Source: Raillietiella orientalis (taxonomy: Eukaryota). From it: a DNA stretch of 64,000 nt. Under the pieces are notes generated by a model. That model saw only the letters and a list, made by a program, of their open reading frames with translations. It ran no database searches and had not been told where the DNA came from. Positions 28,101-40,100 of the stretch are shown here, piece after piece. Position 1 is the stretch's first letter; every line of letters starts with the position of its first letter. Location of the stretch: positions 3,720,001 to 3,784,000 of the forward strand of contig JAYWIR010000004.1 of assembly GCA_036172245.1 (NCBI GenBank), in the 5' to 3' direction. The translations under genes and the position numbers were made by a program.

Positions 28101-31100
28101 AGACAGCAAAATGAAAACGGGCCAAAGTCAAAGCTGAAACTTATGATTGAAAACGAACTTTGTAAGAAATTTGAAGGCAACTGATTGCAGATGACTGCAA
28201 TGTCAGTTCTAGAATAATGGGAGCAGTCGTTCTTCTTCCAAACAGAAGGGGCCGAATGCCTATCTCATATTTCTCTTTCCTGAAGTCACGTCCGCTTTCC
28301 TGGAAGCTCTTTCAGATTAGAGTTTTTGTATTCGCATATCAAAGTGGATACAGAGCCAAAGAAGCAAGACAATTAAGAAGGCTACTGAGGCTGAAACGAT
28401 GAAAATGCAAATATCAAAACTATGAATTTCCAGAGCAAGAGGGACTTTCTGAGACTCGTTCCAGAGGCAATATCCAGCAGTAGACTGTTCTCATCTTGCT
28501 TAGTGAATCGCTGAGTTTGGTAATGAGCATTTCCAAAAAAGAGAAAGCATTCAGTAAAATTCCAACTTAGGTGACATAGATTCCTTTGCATGAAGATCTT
28601 GCGATATTCTTTAAATGACTTTGGTTTCGATCGAACATACAGTTAGGAAGAACGTGGGCTACTCTCATCTCATCTTACTCGATCTAAGTCAGTTTATCAA
28701 CTGCTGATTAGATGGAATTTTTCACAAGTCGACATGAGGCTATTGAGTACTCGGAATTATTACTTTAGAAAGCAGTAGTCACAGCATTCAGCAGCCATTA
28801 CAGAGTCGTTGCAACGGTGGAATTGCTCTGATTGTGCAGGAAGTGTTCACCATTCCTCAAGAAGAATTGCTGGAAACTCTCTATCATCCTCACGAGCTTG
28901 GAATTTACGATGAGATGCCACTGGAATCTTTCATCCGATTTTCTGAAAGAATGGAATAGAATTAACCGCTTCGGAAACCTCTACGGGTAATGCGGACGCC
29001 CAAATCTAATATCTCTGTTCATCTCTGTTCATGTGCATGTGTGAGTTATTTTCCTACACGTTTGCATGCTCATCTGTATGTCTTACTGTTTCGTATACTT
29101 CAGCCTCTGAACAGAGTCCGTTGTATAAGTCTGAGCGCATTATTGACTTGAGCTACGAGTGGATATCGTACATATGCTTATCGCCGATATCGGGTCCATA
29201 AAACCATAAGAGAAATAACAGCTGAATCCCTGAACAAACGATCCCAAATGTACTAAACAGCATTTATAGCATTCGCAGATTAGTTTTCAGGAAACGTGGA
29301 TGACTGATTATCCTCGTGAGTTCGGACTAGCTGCAAACTTTCATAAGGATGTCCATAACATGTGCTCACCTCCTCAATATCAGCATCATGAATAACAAGC
29401 TTGAAGTAACTGTGAATTGATTGTTTTCCATAGAGCTGACTGAAATGTCGGCACAATAGAGTTCTACTTTCCATTTAGAAGCTAGCATCACAATATCTTA
29501 TCACAGACAGGAAAAAACAAAAGCAAAAGGTATCTGAAGACTCTGCAATTGTCCTGAATTTTTTGCCGTCGGTTAGATCTACAATCAATGAAAAAGTCAG
29601 AAATGCCCTCGCGATAGAGATTTCTCACTTCCTGGGGTCACTGCTGCAACGGGATTCAGTTTCTGCTTTCCTGTCAGCAGAAAGAAAAAGTTCTTCTAAT
29701 TTATGCTCGCAGTCATTGCTTCCGTTTTAGATGTCTTGCATGCTTCCTTAATAATCAAAGAATGGAAGAGATAAGGAAGCCGTTGTGTTCGGACGTTTCA
29801 TCCGAATCAAAAAATTCCTATCTGGTTTGCAATGATTTCCATTGAGACGAGAAGGAACATTGCTTTAGTCAGCTACAGAGTACACCCAGAAGTTCGTGTT
29901 TCCAAAGGATCTTCTGGAAAAAAATTGCCGGCCCGTCAGATGCAGAGTGGATCAAAAGTCGCTACTCCAGCAGCTGCAGAGAGGCATTTCCTAGGTGTTC
30001 GAAGATGTTGAAGGGGAAGCAAGGGTCTTCCGATTCATTTTGCAAGGTGTCGTTTTCCTCCAGGAGAAACGTTGAACTTTGGAAACGGAAATCGACTCCC
30101 AGCAAAAGCGTTTCCGATCTCATGTGAGGCTGGGGAAAGGTAGTTTGGAAGAGTGGAAGTTTATCATTGAACATGATTTCAGAGAGGATGGTTAATGGTC
30201 AGCAGCAGTTTCCTTGAAAGGAACTTCGCATCAGGAGCGATCGAACAAAGCTCAGCTTCAAGCAGTCGGGAGGTGGAAGAGACCTGGGAGAATGAAAACC
30301 TGGACAAAGAAGGAACGAACCGGTTTTCCTGCCGTGGACAACGAAATCGTCACGATTTTGTCACTAGCGTGTCCGCAGCAAGGCCCAGGAGAGGTGTCTC
30401 CACAGCTTCCCACTGCTTGGCCAGAATGCCATTCGACTTCATATCACCGATGCAGAAGGAAAAGATGAGGTGGACTTCAGGAATGTGATTCATGAATCCA
30501 GCTGCCTACAGTCCTCTGACGCATCCCAGACTTCGCGTTGAGCCAGTTCGAAAGGCAAGCGAATGCGAGAGATGATGGAGCGGATGAAATGAAAGTCCAG
30601 CCTTTTTCCGATCGGTGCGAAAATTTAGGTCCATGAAATGAGAGTGAGGACACGATAGAACTATATGGTTGGTTGCATCATTGCATAACAGAGTCAATAA
30701 CCGATTCCGATTGTTCGTTAACGAATCGGTGTGTGCAAAGCAAAAAAGAAAAACAAACAAACAAACAGTCAAACTGTGGACAATAACCGAAACGGGATTT
30801 TCTTCCAGGCAAGGCTTCAAGTCTCTTTCAGAAATAGAAGCACTGGTATCGTGAAAAATTGACGAGCTGCCTAACAGAAGAGATGCCTTCTTTCTCGAAA
30901 TTGGTAGCGTTGTGAGATAATCGAGAATGATAATGATTTCGTAGCTTTCGAACAAAGCGAATAGAGGAAGCAGCATCCGGCGATGGAAGTAAATGGCGCA
31001 TTCCAAGCGTTCAAGAGGAATACAATCTTTTTTTTATTTTGTTTTAAGCAGGACTGAGTCTCATCGAAGTAGAATTTTTCCCATTACTGGTTGCTCTGAC

Positions 31101-34100
31101 CCGTTCATTTATGAAAAATAAATCCAACACTACAAAAGTGTCAGAACTCGTCTGACGTTAGTCTACCGGGAACCCTCAACGTGAGCAGCACGTAAAAACA
31201 GGGGGGGGAGGAGATGGAAGATGGAGAGCAGAAACTAGGAATGAATAAATAAATGAGGGAGAAGCAGGACTGCTCTCTCGGTACCGGATGCTTTTGAGAG
31301 AACCAGCACGTGGACTACGACGGGGCGTGCGAGCTCAAGAACTTTGCGTGCGCGCGCAGTCACATCCTCCTTGGGAACCCTCCAGGTTCCAGCTCGGACA
31401 CGGGGTCACTTTATAGCAGTTTCGTAAAAGCGATTGAGGGCAACGAACCTTCTGCTTTGGGAGTGATGCTCCCCTATCATGCTGGTGCCCGGCGCCAAGG
31501 CTCGCACTCTACCGAATGGGGTCAGCATCAGTGACATCATGGTACGCACCGCCACTTCTCGGAGAATGTGGAGCACCCACCCAGCTCTACAGGGTTTGTG
31601 CTGGAGGGACTCGATTGGCTCGCAGTACGCACATCTCGTGGGGATGCACCCTACCCCCCTCCCCTAAGGGAGCAGCAAAGTATACTTCGTTACGAAGGAG
31701 ATCCAGCGTGCTAGTAGAACTGCTGCATGCTGGCCGATTCCTGAGAAATGCTCCTACCAGCGCCTAGCAACTCATAGGGAACCGAGAACTTCCAAAGGGT
31801 TCCTCGGGAATTCCCAGCGCTCCTCTCATCCTTGCAACTCTCCATGCCTCGCAGACGACTTGGGCTGTGCTCCAATGAGCAGTTTCCTAGGTGACCATCC
31901 ACGAGAGGGGGATTTTTCTTTTTTTTTGAAGTTTAAGAGTTGCTTTCCTCTCGTAGAAGGAAGAAGTTTCCAGGGTATATGCAAAAATGGTGGGATACGC
32001 CTCAGAAGAAGCTACTCCTTTCATCGAGGATCTCCCATGAGTTAGGACCATTTCCAGGTGACCCTTGCACCAAGCGAGGGAACTTTTGCTTTGGCTGGAT
32101 CGCCGTTCTGTTCGCGGCTTCCTTCTGTCAGACTTGCTTGCTTAGTGGGAGACAGTGACTCGTGTCGCACCCAACCTTTCATCAGATTCGCTCAGAAAAA
32201 GCCACTGGACCTCAGGCTCATTCCACTACGGAGTAGGGGAAAGAGTATGCCCCCTAAACTGGAAGGTGGCTCCGATAAGGGCGATCTCCAGAAAAACTGC
32301 CGCGAGCTCTGCAACTTCTCCACGAGCAAGCGGTTCTGGAGAAGGGTGTCTGCAGTTCCACCAAGTGCGATGGCGTAGGGTCCAAAACAGGAAGCAGGTG
32401 TTCAGGCCACACCTTAGGGCTGGACTGCCCGCTCTAGAACCGCATGACTTAGAGGCACGTTCGAGAAGAGACGGAACAAGAGGAAGAGGGGATCTCGAGG
32501 GCATTCCACTTTGTTGATCTTTTGGGCATAAGGATCCTGCCATCCCTTGTTCACCCCTTTCTCTGTGCCTCAATCGGATCTCTCTTGGCGAGGGAATCTG
32601 CAGACTACACGTCTTGGATCGATACTTCCCAGTCGTCTCTCCACACTGGGATGTGGCTGCAATGGCAAGTGATCCTCATCCACTTCGAACTCAGGAGGTT
32701 TTTCTATACGCCTAGTGGATGACTAGCCGATTCGTTCCGTATACATCGCGCGCATTGCGCCTGAACCAGACAACGGAGCGTCCCGTCAGCGGTCACATCC
32801 TACCCACGTATAGTCGCGGCACTTCCGACAGTTCCTCTCAACAGCTCGTCGTTTCGAGGAGGCCAAGAACCTAACGAGTCGAGGCGCTCGGCAATTCGCC
32901 TCTCTTCCACCTGGTGCTCCTGAATGATGAAGAAGCGCTTCAAATGAGCGAGAGACAACCACGATAATCATTTGATTACTTTTCTGGAGGAACATGTCAG
33001 GACGAAGATAAGAGCCCACTCCAGGGATCGGCTTACTTCGAGCAGTCAGCTCCCACGCACCTCTTGTTTCCCCTTAGGCACACTCCAACCAATCCTCATG
33101 GATGTACAGATGGAAATCCAGTGGCTTCGCCGCAAGCAATGGCTTCGTACACGCGGCAATGCCTTCATCCCGCACCTTTCACTGCAGGAACGGTAGGCAG
33201 TCGCGTCGGAAGCCATGTGACTGCGCGCGCGGTGCCAAGCGTTGAGGGTTCAAATCTCCACGGGGAGGATCAATGCCAGAGAAATGGGGGTGCATCGTGG
33301 GTTTTGAGCCCTCCCCCCCCCAGGATGACTCTTGTTGGCTTGTGGGTTTCGGGTGCGGCCCTGGTGGACACCCGGTCACGCCGGGGCGTTTATTTATAAA
33401 AAAATAAACACACGTCTGCGGCAGGACTTTTGATCCTGTCACGTTACTTATAACTACGAGAAGGAACCCTCAGGGAACTGGCACGCAGACCAGCGGGGTT
33501 CATCTCGGCAGCACAGGGGGAGGGGAGACAAACAAAAAGAAAAAAACAAGACAGAAAACATAGTCAAAAACATGGGGGGCTTCGGGAAGGGATCACCGTG
33601 TTCTGGAGAGTATCCACTGCATCCTTGTAAAGATGCAGGCAAGTTCCTGTTTTATGGTTCCCAGATGGGGTCATCTTGATGCTATCCTCACGAAGAGGAC
33701 AGCAAAATAGATGACGTTCCTGTCGTTTTGGCCCTTCTGGTGTTGCTCCATGATGCCATGATCCCGCATAGGCAGCGCAGCGCTGCTAGGGATGCGGCCG
33801 GCGTGAGGGCGTCGTGCAGGCAGAGGCGCTTCTGAATGTCTCTTGGGTTGCTCTCGGAGTTCCGCAGGGACGCGGCAAAGCGTTCCTACAGGGAGCAGGG
33901 AGCCCCACAATCCATGAGCAGGTGAGGGAGGGACTCTCTTTCTCGGTACCTGCTGCAGTTGGGGCTTACACTCCCCCGGGTCCAATGGTGTAGGCGGTCG
34001 TTGAACAGGCAACAGCATCAATGCCGACTCCTGCCACTTCAAAGGGAGGATGCAACACTGGTGGAAGCCGGAAGGCAGATGCCCCGTTGACCGTCGAGAT

Positions 34101-37100
34101 TAAAAGTTGTACCGAAGTCCTTCAAAGAATCAAGGAGTCAGTTCTCCCCGGCTGTGAAAATAAAACCGCTCCCCCCCCTCCCCTCACCCAGAGGGGACTC
34201 TCCATCATGTACCATGGAGCAGGTTGATATCCTCTTTCAGGGTTCGCCACTTTAGAGTGTCAAGAAGCGCGCTCCTTGTTGCTCCTATCCAGAGGAGCAA
34301 CCAGGAGCAGATCCATCCGAGGAAGAAATTTCACGCGCGGATATTTTTTCCAGGTTCCCTTCGAAGGAGGAACGAGGAGTGACACCTCCGAGGGAGTCCT
34401 CCGGAGGGAGTAGGGAGGAGGTTCCAATTCGAGGTTCCCTTCGGAGACAACCAGGGCAAGGGTTTCCTTCGGCATTCCCCACAGAGCGTGAGAGAAGGAA
34501 TGGAATCCTTCTCCGGAGCCTTCCTGAATTCATGGGGTGGTCCCTATGGGATTTCCCCTTAATTTGAAGAGTTCCACGCACCCTCTGGTGGCACGGACAG
34601 AGCTAAAGAGCTCCGTGAGCCTCCCTTAAGGAGGCGGACGGTTCTTCAGTACTAGGTGAACCCCAAAAAGAAAATCCACCCAAAGAAAAGCAGGAAGAAA
34701 AGCAACAAAACCAGAACAAAACAGACAGAACAAATCCCATCATACGAACATTTCATCCTTCCTCCTTTGCCTCAGTGCTTCCCTCTTTAAGGGACGCAAG
34801 GGACAGCGTAATCCGGGAAGGTGAGAAGTCAAATGCATAGAAGCAAAGGAGGAAATATTGGGGGCGTGGACAACTCGGGAAGCTGACGGACTCTGCGACC
34901 TCGAGTGCGATACCTCCACGGACTCGTACGCTGGGGAGAGCTGTTCGACATCCCTCTGGAGGAGGTGGAGTGGCGCTTAGCGTGGTGGAGCAGTGGCGTC
35001 GTCCACCCTCAACCGGCAAGAGTCGGCGTTGCTTGTTTCATGGGGAGATCCTGTGCAAAGCGCGCCTCCACCACTGCACACGGGAAGGCTGGAAGCTCAG
35101 TGCGACCGGTGTAGGAAGAAGGAAACCCTCCCCCACCTGCTGTTCGATTATGCTGCCGTCCAACCCCTTTGGGATCGTTTCGTGGCGATCCTAGGTATCC
35201 CGGCAGGCGGACCCAGGGACATTTGCAAACATCTCTTCGTGCCTGATGCCACACTGCCTCCAGCCGCGTCCCTCGCAGTTTTCTACTGTCTGCGAGGGAT
35301 CATTGCGGCCTGGAACGCCAGAAGAAGAAGCCAAAAGGGCAGGAATGCCATCCACTGGACACGGATCTTTCAGAAGACCGCTTCGAAACGTCTCCACCCG
35401 AGATACGAACGGAAGTTGCCGGCATCCTGAATAGGATGCAGAGAACGCCGGGAAGCGTACTGTGATCCCTTCCTCGGCTCCCTTCTTATGGTGTGAAGTT
35501 TTCCCTCCCCTGTTTCATGTGTTTCTTTTTTTTGTTTTTGTTTTCCCTTCCCGCACGCTGCCGAAGTGGACGTCGCCAGTCTGAGCACTGGTCTTTGGTG
35601 GTTTCATCGCACGTGGTAGAACCCTTGGTTCTACCACACTAATATATTTTTGTTACCTTAAGTAAGCAACGCACCGGCATAACCGGGTGATAATAATCAT
35701 CCGAACAGGAATGGTCTTTCCCTTTTGTTCGGGATGCTAGGAGAACAGGAAGGGGATTCAGCAGGACAAAGGGAGCAAACCGAAGGTCACAAACAGGATG
35801 ATAATCTCCGCTGGCGATGAGCTGGTACAGATCCTATGGAACCCAGCACAAGACACGGTTTTACCCTGGTCAGCGTGCTTCTCAATTGGGAGTGTTATGC
35901 TACGCTGCGCCGGAGGGTCTGGATATCGATCGCCGCACCGAATATGTAGTCGCTGCCAACAGTACGAGGGTTCTCCTCTAACCAACGTCCATCTCGACTT
36001 CATCTGCCATGAGGCCTCCCACTCCGAGTCGCCAGCCATTCTACTGAATCCTCCCCACATCTCCCGAGATAGATTATCGTTACATTCCATATCAGCTGGA
36101 GAAGTTATAATCCCCTTCCTTACTACGGAACGTAAAGTTGGACGAGAGGATTCCAACACTGTCTGGTCCCTTGAAGTTTAAAAGAGCAATAAATGGACGG
36201 GCCCCGTCTGTCAACTTAACGAGGTCCAGGGATTCCTTCTAGGCCTTCCAGAAAATATTCATTTGATGCTCGATTGGACAGACGAAGGCACTTCTTCACC
36301 ACCGGCCTAATATTGTTTCCTGAAAGGAGATGAGGTCGATTTTGGCAACCAGTCTCCTTTAAGGAAAATCCAAGTCTTTGTAAATGTAACAGGCTGAGGG
36401 AAGAGAATATCTTTTCCGCGTTGCTCTTAAGCCAAGTAGATAGAACTTTATCTGGAAGAAGAATCAACAATGACCTCGACCTTAGCCACTGTTTTCTCGC
36501 TTTACCGGCTCGGACTGAAACAATTCCAGCTCCAGCGCTTCTACAAATGTTTGTGGGCTTCACCAGGCTGGAGACAAGTGAAGCTGATAGTGAAGACGCA
36601 GAGCTAGGTGTACGGCACCACTTCGGAGTCCTGCGGCCAATTGCCGAGTAGCTTACTTTCGGGAGTTCATGGAGAGTTCCACGGATGGATCAGATAATGT
36701 TGACCCATCCGCAGAATCTGACGAAAACAGGAAGCCATCAGCATAAGTAAATAGCTAGTCCCTACCAAATGAGGCTCGTAGCCTGAGCAGGTTGGACCCC
36801 ATCGCGATATTAAAGTAAGGAGCTTATGGATCACTCTTGCTTAATTTTCCCCCAAATCTTTATATTCCTCATCGATTGCTTCTTGTACGAGACCAGCACA
36901 GACGCATTTCCATACGAGTTTGTGATGCTTTCGATGAGGTGGTACCAAACTCGTTCGCAAGATTTGTGAAATGCGATCCTGGTATCGTCAAATCGGATCT
37001 AAAGAATGAAAATTTTCTCTAGGACAGAGTGAAAAAGGGATAAACCCGTTCTGTGAAGTGCCTTTAATAATATGCTTCGAAGTTCCATTTCCTGACCAAG

Positions 37101-40100
37101 AGCAGCTGATTCTCTGATCCTCAAGCTGGTCCAGCTGTCCTCGAGAGCAACTTTTCGAGGTCATCGTGAGCAAGCCATCGGAAGCAACTTCCAACCGAAC
37201 TAATGAGCCCTTCACTACTAGCAAAAGCATCTCTTCAAATCAAGAATGATCTGGGTCCAGATGGGCTGCCTGCAGAGTTTCATGACCTTTTTGTAACAGA
37301 TCTGGCAGTGCTGGTGTCAAAATTACCACTGCTGATGCGGGAGGCAGACCAAGTGCCTGCCTACTTCAGTCAGTCAGGATTCGTGTCGTACACAAAAAAG
37401 GAGACCCGCACTGCCTGGGCAGCTGGCATTTGAACACGTCTGTAAACGCGAACGTTAAGTTGCTATTTAGAGCGTCAAATAAATTACGCAAAGATGGTGC
37501 GGTTCATCATCGGAGGACACACCAATGCTGTACGGGACTGAAGTATGGATGCTAAAATTCCCTTGCCCACACCTGGTTCAGGGTGTAGAAGAGGAAGATA
37601 ATTCCACCCTCAAGGGATCTCGATCTATGTCGAAAATCTAGCGCAGGATGCTACCACAGAATGGAGGACTGCCTGCTGCAGTCGATCTGCAAAAGACCCT
37701 CAGCTAGATCGATCAGGGGCTCTTTCTTAAGCCTCTAGAACGGCTCAGCTCGCTAAGCATCCTCCTGAACTTGTTATCTCTATGGAGCAAAGAGTCAAGT
37801 TTTCCGCTGATCTGCTCACCCGAGGCACTGAAGCTAGACGGGGCAATCAGACAAGAAGACAGTCAAAGTCCCAATGCTGTTCAGCCTGTTTTTAGGACGT
37901 CTATTTCTCACGACAAGTCTTAAGCAGTGGTCTATGATGACCACTCGTTTCTCCTGTTGCTTATACAGAGCCCAGCAGCCGCACTTGGAACGTTGATTGA
38001 GGTTCTCTCCAGGAGTGCTGCCGTCCAGATGAATAGATCGTGGTGTCCTCGACGAAGAACAGTCTGAGTTCAGTGTTGTCTCCGATCACCACGATGAACA
38101 CCGGACGTTGGGAATCCTCGCGAGCAAGGGTGGTCCCTGATTGGGGGCCCACATGGTTCTCTCTCTCCGAGAGGGATCTGGTCAGCTTTCTTGGAGAAAG
38201 AATAGTGAGTTCGGGTTTCCTTTCACAACGGCAGATCCATTTTGGCCGGAAGGGCAGCATGCTGGAGCACTTTCGCTGCTCCCATTTAGCGTCTCGTCGT
38301 TTGATGCTTCTCTTCTTCTCCTGAGTGTGCTGACGAGTTACAGGGATGATATGGGGCACCACCAAATCCCAAGACCGCGAGCCCAGACCCGATCCCCTCT
38401 CGAAGATGCCGACTGGAATTTGTTTTTTGCTAAGACACGAACGAGTTTTTTGCTAAACACGAACAAAGTTTTCCTCTCCTCGCCATTGAGGTGCTGAAGG
38501 GAAATAACGAGTAGATATTTCGCCCAACAGAACAAGAGTAGACATGTGGATCCTCCTGGAAAAATTAGCTTTTCTCAAGTGTCATTAGAATTGAGATTCG
38601 CTCCTTTGAAAAACTCCTTCGGAGCGACCTTGGATAGCAGGAGTCTGCTTCCTGAGGCACGTGACGAGACCATTCGAGATGCCATGAGATTACGTCTGTC
38701 AGAGGGAAGAGTTGGATCCTCCTGCAGCGTGAGGGCTGACCTATCGGATCACTAGGATCAAAAGTGCATCAATGAAGAATACAATGGAGAGAGAGGCAGC
38801 TCACTCACAGAGGCATGCCCGCGAAATCCTGCAAAGGTGGATTGTCTTCCTTGGAATTTCTGGAGAAAAATTGAAGATCCAAGGTTTCCTGAAAAATATC
38901 CTCATACTTGCTTCAAGCTACCAGCACAATGGCATTTTGCTGATGCGATGAGTGGGATTTTTCCCACCCAGCGTATTAGCCGAAGCCGATCTCCACCGTG
39001 CATTCGCGGGGAGATTTCCAAGGATTCTGGATTCCCAAGAGATTGCGCACTGTCGGAAACCTCATGCACGTCTGCAATACAGAAAGAATACAAAAGAGGT
39101 CAAATACAAAAGAGGCTATAGTAGAGCTGGGATCTCATCACAAAGGCTCTCCAACCATCCAACGAGGCGCTCTGGGACCATATGAGAAGAATGTTCACCT
39201 CTTCAAGCTTGCTAGCTGTATCCTTGCTGACGATTTTCTGCCTCTTAAGAGCAACGGTGGCTTCCAAAACGGAAGAGGAAGCTCGATTCGAAAGCAGTTC
39301 GAAGCCATCAATGCTGTCAAGAACCTTCTCGAAGATGAAGGAAGCTTTGGGAATCGTCGTTCCTTAATCCCTTGATCCAGATGTCTGCCAGCTGCTTGCT
39401 GTCCATATCTTCATGGTATTCGTGACGTTTCTTCTTCTTTGCAATTCATGACGCTGCTCAAACAATGCTTTTCTGCCGCTCAAGAGCAGCCGAGGATTCT
39501 AAGACGAAAGAAGAGGAAGAACTAAGCCGTCCGAGGAAGCTGGTCACGATCAATATGCGTACTGGGATGAAGTCATTCAAACGGGAACCCTCGATCAGAA
39601 GGAGGAACCTCAGGACAATTGTGGACTGATCAGATCGTACGTAACCCCTGATGGAGACCCAATTCCCCTTCTCCCGTCTCCGCACGGTACAGATCACGTT
39701 CAACACCGTTAGGCCACACCCATTTATTCCCCCTTTCTTCCACATCTTCCGTTTCTCATCCAGTCGTGTCCCCGGTGAGGTTCGCACCTTTTCTTTTCAA
39801 ACCAGAAAGTGGTCCTGGGTCCAGCGAGCGATCAAACACTTCCCGATCTGCCCCGGCCCTACGCCGATAGCGTGAGAGAGAGTTCGCGGCTCCTTCCAGC
39901 ATCGCATGAAGCAGAAACTTCTGTTGGGCGACCCCCAGGTCAGCTGGCGATTCGATGCGCCAGAGCGGATCGATGCGGCAAACGTGAAAACCCCTCGCAA
40001 CGTGCGTCTATCGACGGGCAGCTCCGGTTTTTGGGCGGCGGCCGAGCAACGGAAGGGTGAGCTTCCATGGGAGTAACCGAACGAGCGCGCGAAGAGGAGC

